64,000 nucleotides of DNA from the human T2T-CHM13v2.0 reference genome, Homo sapiens. Position 1 is the stretch's first letter. Every line of letters begins with the position of its first letter. The DNA lies in assembly GCF_009914755.1 (NCBI RefSeq), contig NC_060948.1; one strand, 5' to 3'. The notes beneath the pieces were generated by a model that was not told where the DNA came from, searched no databases, and was given only the letters and a program-made list of their open reading frames with translations. A program made the position numbers and the translations under genes. Positions 29,501 to 44,500 of this stretch are shown piece by piece.

Positions 29501-32500
29501 GAAACGGAATGGAATGAATTGGAACGGAATGGACTCGAATAGAATGGAATGTCATGGAATGGCATCAAATGGAATGGCATCAAATGGAATGGAATCGAAT
29601 GCAATGGAATGCTATGGAATGGAATGGAATGCATTGGAATGGAATGTCCTCTAATGGAATGGATTCGAGTGGAATGGAATCGAATATAATGGAGTCGAAT
29701 GAAATGGAATTGAAAGGAATGGGATCGAATACAATGGAATATACTGGAATGTAATGTAATGAACTCGAATGTAATTGACTGGAATGGAATGTACATGAAT
29801 GGAATGTAATCGAATGGAAAGTAATCCAATGGAATAGAATCTAATGCAATAAAATCGACTCAGATAGAGTAGAAAGTAATGGAATGGAGTGCAGTGCAAT
29901 GGAATGGAATGGAATGGAATGCAGTGGAATGGAATGGAATGGAATGGAATGGAATTGAATGGGATGGAATGGTATGGAATGGACAGTAATGGACTGGAGT
30001 GAAATGGACTGGAAAGGAATGGACTCAAATTGAAAGGGCTCGAAAGAAATGGAGACAAATGGAATGGTCTGGAATGGAATGAACACGAATGTAATGCAAT
30101 CCAATAGAATGGAGTCGAATGGCTTGGAATATAAAGAAATGGAATCGAAGAGAATGGAAACAAATGGAATGGAATTGAATGGAATGGAATTGAATGGAAT
30201 GGGAACGAATGGAGTGAAATTGTATGCAGTAGAAGAGAATAGAATGGAATGCAAGCGAAAGGAAAGGAATGGATTGGAATGGAATGGAATTCATTGGAAT
30301 GGAAGGGAATGTAGTGTAATGGACAGGCCTGGAATAAAGTGGAATGCTACGGTCTCGAATGGAATAAAAATGTATGGAATGGAATGCAATGAAACGGAAT
30401 CGAATGTCATAGAATGTAATGGAATGCAAAAAAATGGAATCCAAAATCATTGACTGGAAAGGCTGGGTGTCGAAAGGAATTGACTCCAATGGAATGGAAT
30501 CGAATGGAATGGAAGTGAATAGAATCGAACTAAATCGAATGGAATGGAATTGATAGGAACGGAATGGAAAGGAATGCAATGATTTGGCATGGAATGGAAT
30601 CGAATGGCATCGAATGGAATGGAATGGAATGCAATGGAATGGAATGTATTAGAATGTAATGAACTTTAATGGAATGTACTCGAATGGATTCGACTGGAAT
30701 GGAATGTTCTGGAAGTGAATGGACTCCAATGGAATGGATTCAAAAGGAATGGAATCGTACGGAATGGAATCTAATGGAATGGAATTAAATGGAAATGAAT
30801 CAAATTGAATAGCACGGAATTGAATTGAATGGAATGGAATGCAATGGAATCTAATGAAACGGAAAGGAAAGGAATGGAATGGAATGGAATGGGCTGGAAT
30901 GGAAAGGAATCGAAACGAATGGAATGGAATCGAACTGAAGAGACTGGAATGGAATGCACTGGAATGGAAGGGAGTGTAATGGAAGGTTCTCGAAAAAAAT
31001 GGAATCGAATGGAATGGAATTGAATGGAACGGAATAGAGTCGAATGGAATTGAATGGAATGGAATGGACTAGAGTGAAATGGAATCGAACCACAAGGAAT
31101 GGAGAGGAATAGAATGGTCTCGAATTGAATGGAATCGTATGGAATGGCATCAAACGGAATGGAATGGACAGCCACGGAATAGAATGCACTCGAATGCAAT
31201 GGAGTCGAAACTAATGGACTGGAATAGAATGAACTCGACTGGTACGGACTCCAATGGAATGGAATCGAATGGAAGGGAATCGAACGGAATGGACTCGAAG
31301 GGAAAAGACTGCAATGGAAAGGTCTCGAATGGAATGGAAATTAATGGAATGGAATGGAATCGAATGAAATGGAGTCAAAAGGAATGGAATCGAATGGCAA
31401 GAAATCGAATGTAATGGAATCGCAAGGAATTGATGTGAACGGAACGGAATGGAATGGAATCCAAAGGAATGGAATAGAATGGAATGGAATCGAATGGAAA
31501 GGACTCGAATGGAAATAACTCGAATAGAATGCAATTTAATAAAATAGGATCAAATGTAATGGAATGGAATGGAAAGGAATCGAAACGAAAGGAATGGAGA
31601 CAGATGGAATGGAATAGAACAGAGAGCAATGGTATAGAATGGAATGGAATCATCTGGAATGGAATTGAATGGAATGGAATAATATGAAATGGAATGGAAT
31701 GGAATGGAATGGAATGCCCTTGAATTAAATGGACTGGAATGGAATGGACTCGAACAGAGTGGAATGGAAAGTGTTGAGATAGAATGGAATGGACTCCTTT
31801 GGAATGGTGTAGTATGCAATGCAATCGACTGGCAGGGAATCAAAAGGAATGTAATGGAATGGATTGGACTGGAATGCAATGGACTCGAATAGATTGGAAA
31901 CGGAATGCAAAGGAATGGAATGAAATAGTATGGAATGGAATGGAAAGGAATGGAGTGGAATAGACTAGAGTGGAATGGAATGGACTGGAAAGCAATGGAC
32001 TGGAATGGAACTTTCTTGAATGGACTGGAATCAAACGGAATGGAATGCAATGCAATCAAATGGCATGGAATAAAATAGAATGAAAGAGAATCAAATGGAA
32101 TTGAATCGAATGGAATCGAATGGATTGGAAAGGAATAGAATGGAATGGAATGGAATTGACTCAAATGGAATGGACTAGAATGGAATGTATTCGAATGGAA
32201 GGCAAAGGAATGGAATCTATTGGAATGGACTGTAATGGAATGGAATGGAAGGGATTGGAATGGACTCGAATGGAATGGACTGCAATAGAAAGGATTCGAA
32301 TGGAATGAAAAAGAATTGAATGGAATAGAACAGAATGGAATCAAATCGAATGAAATGGAATGGAATAGAAAGGAATGGAATGAAATGGAATGGAAAGGAT
32401 TCGAATGGAATGCAATCGAATGGAATGGAATCGAACGGAATGGAATAAAATGGAAGAAAACTGGCAAGAAATGGAATCGAAATGAATGGAGTGTTATGGA

Positions 32501-35500
32501 ACGGACTCAAAAGGAATTGAATGTAATAGAATGGAGTGGAGTGGACTCGAATATAATGGACTGGAATGGAATGAAATCACATGGAATGGGAACGAATGGA
32601 ATGGAATGGAAAGGAATGGAATCGAATGGAAAGGAATCGAATGGAAGGGAATGAAATTGAATCAACAGGAATGGAAGGGAATAGAATAGACGGTAATGGA
32701 ATGGACTCGAATAGAATGGACACGAATGCTCAAATTGAATGGACTCGAATGGAATGGAAACGAAAGGAATGTCATCGAATGGAATTGAATCGATTGGAAT
32801 GAAATCGCATAGAATGGAGTGGAATCAAATGGAATTGAATCGAAAGGAAAGGAAGCGAATGGACTGAAATGAAATGGAATGGAATTGAATGGAAAGTAAT
32901 GCAATGGAATAGAATGGAACGAAATTTCACGGAATGGAATCAAACTGAATGGAATCAAATCAATGGAATCCAATCAAATGGAATGGAGTAGATTGGATTG
33001 GATGGGATTGGAATGAAATGTACTGGAAAGGACTCGAATTTCATGAAACGGAATGGAATGAATTGGAACGGAATGGACTCGAATGGAATGGAATGTCATA
33101 GAATGGCATCAAATGGATTGGCATCAAATGGAATGGAATCGAATGCAATGGAATGCTATGGAATGGAATGGAATGCATTGGAATGGAATGTCCTCTAATG
33201 GAATGGATTCGAGTGGAATGGAATCGAATATAATGGAGTCGAATGAAATGGAATTGAAAGGAATGGGATCGAATACAATGGAATATACTGGAATGTAATG
33301 TAATGAACTCGAATGTAATTGACTGGAATGGAATGTACATGAATGGAATGTAATCGAATGGAAAGTAATCCAATGGAATAGAATCTAATGCAATAAAATC
33401 GACTCAGATAGAGTAGAATGTAATGGAATGGAGTGCAGTGCAATGGAATGGAATGGAATGGAATGCAATGGAATGGAATGGAATGGAATGGAATGGAATG
33501 GAATGGAATGGAATGGAATGGGATGGAATGGTATGGAATGGATAGTAATGGACTGGAGTGAAATGGACTGGAAAGGAATGGACTCAAATTGAAAGGGCTC
33601 GAAAGGAATGGAGTCAAATGGAATGGTCTGGAATGGAATGAACACGAATGTAATGCAATCCAATAGAATGGAATCGAATGGCATGGAATATAAAGAAATG
33701 GAATCGAAGAGAATGGAAACAAATGGAATGGAATTGAATGGAATGGAATTGAATGGAATGGGAACGAATGGAGTGAAATTGTATGCAGTAGAAGGGAATA
33801 GAATGGAATGCAAGTGAAAGGAAAGGAATGGATTGGAATGGAATGGAATTCATTGGAATGGAAGGGAATGTAGTGTAATGGACAGGCCTGGAATAAAGTG
33901 GAATGCTACGGTCTCGAATGGAATAAAAATGTATGGAATGGAATGCAATGAAACGGAATCGAATGTCATAGAATGTAATGGAATGCAAAAAAATGGAATC
34001 CAAAATCATTGACTGGAAAGGCTGGGTGTCGAAAGGAATTGACTGCAATGGAATGGAATCGAATGGAATGGAAGTGAATAGAATCGAACTAAATCGAATG
34101 GAATGGAATTGATAGGAACGGAATGGAAAGGAATGCAATGATTTGGCATGGAATGGAATCGAATGGCATCGAATGGAATGGAATGGAATGCAATGGAATG
34201 GAATGTATTAGAATGTAATGAACATTAATGGAATGTACTCGAATGGATTCGACTGGAATGGAATGTTCTGGAAGTGAATGGACTCCAATGGAATGGATTC
34301 GAAAGGAATGGAATCGAACGGAATGGATTCTAATGGAATGGAATTAAATGGAAATGAATCAAATTGAATAGCACGGAATTGAATTGAATGGAATCGAATG
34401 CAATGGAATCTAATGAAACGGAAAGGAAAGAATGGAATGGAATAGAATGAGCTGGAATGGAAAGGAATCAAAACGAATGGAATGGAATCGAACTGAAGAG
34501 ACTGGAATGGAATGCACTGGAATGGAAGGGAGTGTAATGGAAGGTTCTCGAAAAAAATGGAATCGAATGGAATGGAATTGAATGGAACGGAATAGAGTCG
34601 AATGGAATTGAATGGAATGGAATGGACTAGAGTGAAATGGAATCGAACCACAAGGAATGGACAGGAATAGAATGGTCTCGAATTGAATGGAATCGTATGG
34701 AATGGCATCAAACGGAATGGAATGGACAGCCACGGAATGGAATGCACTCGAATGCAATGGAGTCGAAACTAATGGACTGGAATAGAATGGACTCGACTGG
34801 TACGGACTCCAATGGAATGGAATCGAATGGAAGGGAATCGAACGGAATGGACTCGAAGGGAAAAGACTGCAATGGAAAGGTCTCGAATGGAATGGAAATT
34901 AATGGGATGGAATGGAATCGAATGAAATGGAGTCAAAAGTTATGGAATCGAATGGCAAGAAATCGAATGTAATGGAATCGCAAGGAATTGATGTGAACGG
35001 AACGGAATGGAATGGAATCCAAAGGAATGGAATAGAATGGAATGGAATCGAATGGAAAGGACTCGAATGGAAATCACTCGAATAGAATGCAATTTAATAA
35101 AATAGGATCAAATGTAATGGAATGGAATGGAAAGGAATCGAAACGAAAGGAATGGAGACAGATGGAATGGAATGGAACAGAGAGCAATGGTATAGAATGG
35201 AATGGAATCATCTGGAATGGAATTGAATGGAATGGAATAATATGAAATGGAATGGAATGGAATGGAATGGAATGGAATGCCCTTGAATTAAATGGACTGG
35301 AATGGAATGGACTCGAACAGAGTGGAATGGAAAGTGTTGAGATAGAATGGAATGGACTCGTTTGGAATGGTCTAGTATGCAATGCAATGGACTGGCAGGG
35401 AATCAAAAGGAATGTAATGGAGTGGATTGGACTGGAATGCAATGGACTCGAATAGATTGGAAACGGAATGCAAAGGAATGGAATGGAATAGTATGGAATG

Positions 35501-38500
35501 GAATGGAAAGGAATGGAGTGGAATAGACTAGAGTGGAATGGAATGGACTGGAAAGCAATGGACTGGAATGGAACTTTCTTGAATGGACTGGAATCAAACG
35601 GAATGGAATGCAATGCAATCAAATGGCATGGAATAAAATAGAATGAAAGAGAATCAAATGGAATTGAATCGAATGGAATCGAATGGATTGGAAAGGAATA
35701 GAATGGAATGGAATGGAATTGACTCAAATGTAATGGACTAGAATGGAATGTATTCGAATGGAAGGCAAAGGAATGGAATCTATTGGAATGGACTGTAATG
35801 GAATGGAATGGAAGGGATTGGAATGGACTCGAATGGAATGGACTGCAATAGAAAGGATTCGAATGGAATGAAAAAGAATTGAATGGAATAGAACAGAATG
35901 GAATCAAATCGAATGAAATGGAATGGAATAGAAAGGAATGGAATGAAATGGAATGGAAAGGATTCGAATGGAATGCAATCGAATGGAATGGAATCGAACG
36001 GAATGGAATAAAATGGAAGAAAACTGGCAAGAAATGGAATCGAAATGAATGGAGTGTTATGGAATGGACTCAAAAGGAATTGAATGTAATAGAATGGAGT
36101 GGAGTGGACTCGAATATAATGGACTGGAATGGAATGAAATCACATGGAATGGGAACGAATGGAATGGAATGGAAAGGAATGGAATCGAATGGAAAGGAAT
36201 CGAATGGAAGGGAATGAAATTGAATCAACAGGAATGGAAGGGAATAGAATAGACGGTAATGGAATGGACTCGAATAGAATGGACACGAATGCTCAAATTG
36301 AATGGACTCGAATGGAATGGAAATGAAAGGAATGTCATCGAATGGAATTGAATCGATTGGAATGAAATCGCATAGAATGGAGTGGAATCAAATGGAATTG
36401 AATCGAAAGGAAAGGAAGCGAATGGACTGAAATGAAATGGAATGGAATTGAATGGAAAGTAATGCAATGGAATAGAATGGAACGAAATTTCACGGAATGG
36501 AATCAAACTGAATGGAATCAAATCAATGGAATCTAATCAAATGGAATGGAAAGGAATTGTATGGAGTAGATTGGATTGGATGGGATTGGAATGAAATGTA
36601 CTGGAAAGGACTCGAATTTCATGAAACGGAGTGGAATGAATTGGAACGGAACGGACTCGAATGGAATGGAATGTCATGGAATGGCATCAAATGGAATGGC
36701 ATCAAATGGAATGGAATCGAATGCAATGGAATGCTATGGAATGGAATGGAATGCATTTTAATGGAATGTCCTCTAATGGAATGGATTCGAGTGGAATGGA
36801 ATCGAATATAATGGAGTCGAATGAAATGGAATTGAAAGGAATGGGATCGAATACAATGGAATATACTGGAATGTAATGTAATGAACTCGAATGTAATTGA
36901 CTGGAATGGAATGTACATGAATGGAATGTAATCGAATGGAAAGTAATCCAATGGAATAGAATCTAATGCAATAAAATCGACTCAGATAGAGTAGAATGTA
37001 ATGGAATGGAGTGCAGTGCAATGGAATGGAATGGAATGGAATGCAATGGAATGGAATGGAATGGAATGGAATGGAATGGAATGGAATGGAATGGTGTGGA
37101 ATGGATAGTAATGGACTGGAGTGAAATGGACTGGAAAGGAATGGACTCAAATTGAATGGGCTCGAAAGGAATGGAGTCAAATGGAATGGTCTGGAATGGA
37201 ATGAACACGAATGTAATGCAATCCAATAGAATGGAATCGAATGGCATGGAATATAAAGAAATGGAATCGAAGAGAATGGAAACAAATGGATTGGAATTGA
37301 GTGGAATGGAATTGAATGGAATGGGAACGAATGGAGTGAAATTGTATGCAGTAGAAGAGAATAGAATGGAATGCAAGCGAAAGGAAAGGAATGGATTGGA
37401 ATGGAATGGAATTCATTGGAATGGAAGGGAATGTAGTGTAATGGACAGGCCTGGAATAAAGTGGAATGCTACGGTCTCGAATGGAATAAAAATGTATGGA
37501 ATGGAATGCAATGAAACGGAATCGAATGTCATAGAATGTAATGGAATGCAACAAAATGGAATCCAAAATCATTGACTGGAAAGGCTGGGTGTCGAAAGGA
37601 ATTGACTCCAATGGAATGGAATCGAATGGAATGGAAGTGAATAGAATGGAACTAAATCGAATGGAATGGAATTGATAGGAACGGAATGGAAAGGAATGCA
37701 ATGATTTGGCATGGAATGGAATCGAATGGCATCGAATGGAATGGAATGGAATGCAATGGAATGGAATGTATTAGAATGTAATGAACTTTAATGGAATGTA
37801 CTCGAATGGATTCGACTGGAATGGAATGTTCTGGAAGTGAATGGACTCCAATGGAATGGATTCAAAGGAATGGAATCGTACGGAATGGAATCTAATGGAA
37901 TGGAATTAAATGGAAATGAATCAAATTGAATAGCACGGAATTGAATTGAATGGAATCGAATGCAATGGAATCTAATGAAACGGAAAGGAAAGGAATGCAA
38001 TGGAATGGAATGGGCTGGAATGGAAAGGAATCGAAACGAATGGAATGGAATCGAACTGAAGAGACTGGAATGGAATGCACTGGAATGGAAGGGAGTGTAA
38101 TGGAAGGTTCTCGAAAAAAATGGAATCGAATGGAATGGAATTGAATGGAACGGAATAGAGTCGAATGGAATTGAATGGAATGGAATGGACTAGAGTGAAA
38201 TGGAATCGAACCACAAGGAATGGAGAGGAATAGAATGGTCTCGAATTGAATGGAATCGTATGGAATGGCATCAAACGGAATGGAATGGACAGCCACGGAA
38301 TGGAATGCACTCGAATGCAATGGAGTCGAAACTAATGGACTGGAATAGAATGGACTCGACTGGTACGGACTCCAATGGAAGGGAATCGAATGGAAGGGAA
38401 TCGAACGGAATGGACTCGAAGGGAAAAGACTGCAATGGAAAGGTCTCGAATGGAATGGAAATTAATGGAATGGAATGGAATCGAATGAAATGGAGTCAAA

Positions 38501-41500
38501 AGGAATGGAATCGAATGGCAAGAAATCGAATGTAATGGAATCGCAAGGAATTGATGTGAGCGGAACGGAATGGAATGGAATCCAAAGGAATGGAATAGAA
38601 TGGAATGGAATCGAATGGAAAGGACTCGAATGGAAATCACTGGAATAGAATGCAATTTAATAAAATAGGATCAAATGTAATGGAATGGAATGGAAAGGAA
38701 TCGAAACGAAAGGAATGGAGACAGATGGAATGGAATAGAACAGAGAGCAATGGTATAGAATGGAATCGAATCATCTGGAATGGAATTGAATGGAATGGAA
38801 TAATATGAAATGGAATGGAATGGAATGGAATGGAATGCCCTTGAATTAAATGGACTGGAATGGAATGGACTCGAACAGAGTGGAATGGAAAGTGTTGAGA
38901 TAGAATGGAATGGACTCGTTTGGAATGGTCTAGTATGCAATGCAATCGACTGGCAGGGAATCAAAAGGAATGTAATCGAATGGATTGGACTGGAATGCAA
39001 TGGACTCGAATAGATTGCAAACGGAATGCAAAGGAATGGAATGGAATAGTATGGAATGGAATGGAAAGGAATGGAGTGGAATAGACTAGAGTGGAATGGA
39101 ATGGACTGGAAAGCAATGGACTGGAATGGAACTTTCTTGAATGGACTGGAATCAAACGGAATGGAATGCAATGCAATCAAATGGCATGGAACAAAATAGA
39201 ATGAAAGAGAATCAAATGGAATTGAATCGAATGGAATCGAATGGATTGGAAAGGAATAGAATGGAATGGAATGGAATGGACTAGAATGGAATGGATTCGA
39301 ATGGAAGGCAAAGGAATGGAATCTATTGGAATGGACTGTAATGGAATGGAATGGAAGGGATTGGAATGGACTCGAATGGAATGGACTGCAATAGAAAGGA
39401 TTCGAATGGAATGAAAAAGAATTGAATGGAATAGAACAGAATGGAATCAAATCGAATGAAATGGAATGGAATAGAAAGGAATGGAATGAAATGGAATGGA
39501 AAGGATTCGAATGGAATGCAATCGAATGGAATGGAATCGAACGGAATGGAATAAAATGGAAGAAAACTGGCAAGAAATGGAATCGAAATGAATGGAGTGT
39601 TATGGAACGGACTCAAAAGGAATTGAATGTAATAGAATGGAGTGGAGTGGACTCGAATATAATGGACTGGAATGGAATGAAATCACATGGAATGGGAACG
39701 AATGGAATGGAATGGAAAGGAATGGAATCGAATGGAAAGGAATCGAATGGAAGGGAATGAAATTGAATCAACAGGAATGGAAGGGAATAGAATAGACGGT
39801 AATGGAATGGACTCGAATAGAATGGACACGAATGCTCAAATTGAATGGACTCGAATGGAATGGAAACGAAAGGAATGTCATCGAATGGAATTGAATCGAT
39901 TGGAATGAAATCGCATAGACTGGAGTGGAATCAAATGGAATTGAATCGAAAGGAAAGGAAGCGAATGGACTGAAATGAAATGGAATGGAATTGAATGGAA
40001 AGTAATGCAATGGAATAGAATGGAACGAAATTTCACGGAATGGAATCAAAATGAATGGAATCAAATCAATGGAATCTAATCAAATGGAATGGAAAGGAAT
40101 TGAATGGAGTAGATTGGATTGGATGGGATTGGAATGAAATGTACTGGAAAGGACTCGAATTTCATGAAACGGAATGGAATGAATTGGAACGGAATGGACT
40201 CGAATGGAATGGAATGTCATGGAATGGCATCAAATGGAATGGCATCAAATGGAATGGAATCGAATGCAATGGAATGCTATGGAATGGAATGGAATGCATT
40301 GGAATGGAATGTCCTCTAATGGAATGGATTCGAGTGGAATGGAATCGAATATAATGGAGTCGAATGAAATGGAATTGAAAGGAATGGGATCGAATAGAAT
40401 GGAATATACTGAAATGTAATGTAATGAACTCGAATATAATTGACTGGAATGGAATGTACATGAATGGAATGTAATCGAATGGAAAGTAATCCAATGGAAT
40501 AGAATCTAATGCAATAAAACCGACTCAGATAGAGTAGAATGTAATGGAATGGAGTGCAGTGCAATGGAATGGAATGGAATTGAATGCAATGGAATGGAAT
40601 GGAATGGAATGGAATGGAATGGAATGGAATGGAATGGAATGGGATGGAATGGTATGGAATGGATAGTAATGGACTGGAGTGAAATGGACTGGAAAGGAAT
40701 GGACTCAAATTGAAAGGGCTCGAAAGGAATGGAGTCAAATGGAATGGTCTGGAATGGAATGAACACGAGTGTAATGCAATCCAATAGAATGGAAACGAAT
40801 GACATGGAATATAAAGAAATGGAATCGAAGAGAATGGAAACAAATGGAATGGAATTGAATGGAATGGAATTGAATGGAATGGGAACGAATGGAGTGAAAT
40901 TGTATGCAGTAGAAGGGAATAGAATGGAATGCAAGCGAAAGGAAAGGAATGGATTGGAATGGAATGGAATTCATTGGAATGGAAGGGAATGTAGTGTAAT
41001 GGACAGGCCTGGAATAAAGTGGAATGCTACGGTCTCGAATGGAATAAAAATGTATGGAATGGAATGCAATGAAACGGAATCGAATGTCATAGAATGTAAT
41101 GGAATGCAACAAAATGGAATCCAAAATCATTGACTGGAAAGGCTGGATGTCGAAAGGAATTGACTCCAATGGAATGGAATCGAATGGAATGGAAGTGAAT
41201 AGAATCGAACTAAATCGAATGGAATGGAATTGATAGGAACGGAATGGAAAGGAATGCAATGATTTGGCATGGAATGGAATCGAATGGCATCGAATGGAAT
41301 GGAATGGAATGCAATGGAATGGAATGTATTAGAATGTAATGAACTTTAATGGAATGTACTCGAATGGATTCGACTGGAATGGAATGTTCTGGAAGTGAAT
41401 GGACTCCAATGGAATGGATTCAAAAGGAATGGAATCGTACGGAATGGAATCTAATGGAATGGAATTAAATGGAAATGAATCAAATTGAATAGCACGGAAT

Positions 41501-44500
41501 TGAATTGAATGGAATCGAATGCAATGGAATCTAATGAAACGGAAAGGAAAGGAATGCAATGGAATGGAATGGGCTGGAATGGAAAGGAATCGAAACGAAT
41601 GGAATGGAATCGAACTGAAGAGACTGGAATGGAATGCACTGGAATGGAAGGGAGTGTAATGGAAGGTTCTCGAAAAAAATGGAATCGAATGGAATGGAAT
41701 TGAATGGAACGGAATAGAGTCGAATGGAATTGAATGGAATGGAATGGACTAGAGTGAAATGGAATCGAACCACAAGGAATGGAGAGGAATAGAATGGTCT
41801 CGAATTGAATGGAATCGTATGGAATGGCATCAAACGGAATGGAATGGACAGCCACGGAATGGAATGCACTCGAATGCAATGGAGTCGAAACTAATGGACT
41901 GGAATAGAATGGACTCGACTGGTACGGACTCCAATGGAAGGGAATCGAATGGAAGGGAATCGAACGGAATGGACTCGAAGGGAAAAGACTGCAATGGAAA
42001 GGTCTCGAATGGAATGGAAATTAATGGAATGGAATGGAATCGAATGAAATGGAGTCAAAAGGAATGGAATCGAATGGCAAGAAATCGAATGTAATGGAAT
42101 CGCAAGGAATTGATGTGAACGGAACGGAATGGAATGGAATCCAAAGGAATGGAATAGAATGGAATGGAATCGAATGGAAAGGACTCGAATGGAAATCACT
42201 GGAATAGAATGCAATTTAATAAAATAGGATCAAATGTAATGGAATGGAATGGAAAGGAATCGAAACGAAAGGAATGGAGACAGATGGAATGGAATAGAAC
42301 AGAGAGCAATGGTATAGAATGGAATCGAATCATCTGGAATGGAATTGAATGGAATGGAATAATATGAAATGGAATGGAATGGAATGGAATGGAATGCCCT
42401 TGAATTAAATGGACTGGAATGGAATGGACTCGAACAGAGTGGAATGGAAAGTGTTGAGATAGAATGGAATGGACTCGTTTGGAATGGTCTAGTATGCAAT
42501 GCAATCGACTGGCAGGGAATCAAAAGGAATGTAATCGAATGGATTGGACTGGAATGCAATGGACTCGAATAGATTGCAAACGGAATGCAAAGGAATGGAA
42601 TGGAATAGTATGGAATGGAATGGAAAGGAATGGAGTGGAATAGACTAGAGTGGAATGGAATGGACTGGAAAGCAATGGACTGGAATGGAACTTTCTTGAA
42701 TGGACTGGAATCAAACGGAATGGAATGCAATGCAATCAAATGGCATGGAATAAAATAGAATGAAAGAGAATCAAATGGAATTGAATCGAATGGAATCGAA
42801 TGGATTGGAAAGGAATAGAATGGAATGGAATGGAATTGACTCAAATGGAATGGACTAGAATGGAATGGATTCGAATGGAAGGCAAAGGAATGGAATCTAT
42901 TGGAATGGACTGTAATGGAATGGAATGGAAGGGATTGGAATGGACTCGAATGGAATGGACTGCAATAGAAAGGATTCGAATGGAATGAAAAAGAATTGAA
43001 TGGAATAGAACAGAATGGAATCAAATCGAATGAAATGGAATGGAATAGAAAGGAATGGAATGAAATGGAATGGAAAGGATTCGAATGGAATGCAATCGAA
43101 TGGAATGGAATCGAACGGAATGGAATAAAATGGAAGAAAACTGGCAAGAAATGGAATCGAAATGAATGGAGTGTTATGGAACGGACTCAAAAGGAATTGA
43201 ATGTAATAGAATGGAGTGGAGTGGACTCGAATATAATGGACTGGAATGGAATGAAATCACATGGAATGGGAACGAATGGAATGGAATGGAAAGGAATGGA
43301 ATCGAATGGAAAGGAATCGAATGGAAGGGAATGAAATTGAATCAACAGGAATGGAAGGGAATAGAATAGACGGTAATGGAATGGACTCGAATAGAATGGA
43401 CACGAATGCTCAAATTGAATGGACTCGAATGGAATGGAAACGAAAGGAATGTCATCGAATGGAATTGAATGGATTGGAATGAAATCGCATAGAATGGAGT
43501 GGAATCAAATGGAATTGAATCGAAAGGAAAGGAAGCGAATGGACTGAAATGAAATGGAATGGAATTGAATGGAAAGTAATGCAATGGAATAGAATGGAAC
43601 GAAATTTCACGGAATGGAATCAAACTGAATGGAATCAAATCAATGGAATCTAATCAAATGGAATGGAAAGGAATTGAATGGAGTAGATTGGATTGGATGG
43701 GATTGGAATGAAATGTACTGGAAAGGACTCGAATTTCATGAAACGGAATGGAATGAATTGGAACGGAATGGACTCGAATGGAATGGAATGTCATGGAATG
43801 GCATCAAATGGAATGGCATCAAATGGAATGGAATCGAATGCAATGGAATGCTATGGAATGGAATGGAATGCATTGGAATGGAATGTCCTCTAATGGAATG
43901 GATTCGAGTGGAATGGAATCGAATATAATGGAGTCGAATGAAATGGAATTGAAAGGAATGGGATCGAATAGAATGGAATATACTGAAATGTAATGTAATG
44001 AACTCGAATATAATTGACTGGAATGGAATGTACATGAATGGAATGTAATCGAATGGAAAGTAATCCAATGGAATAGAATCTAATGCAATAAAACCGACTC
44101 AGATAGAGTAGAATGTAATGGAATGGAGTGCAGTGCAATGGAATGGAATGGAATTGAATGCAATGGAATGGAATGGAATGGAATGGAATGGAATGGAATG
44201 GAATGGAATGGAATGGAATGGGATGGAATGGTATGGAATGGATAGTAATGGACTGGAGTGAAATGGACTGGAAAGGAATGGACTCAAATTGAAAGGGCTC
44301 GAAAGGAATGGAGTCAAATGCAATGGTCTGGAATGGAATGAACACGAGTGTAATGCAATCCAATAGAATGGAAACGAATGACATGGAATATAAAGAAATG
44401 GAATCGAAGAGAATGGAAACAAATGGAATGGAATTGAATGGAATGGAATTGAATGGAATGGGAACGAATGGAGTGAAATTGTATGCAGTAGAAGGGAATA

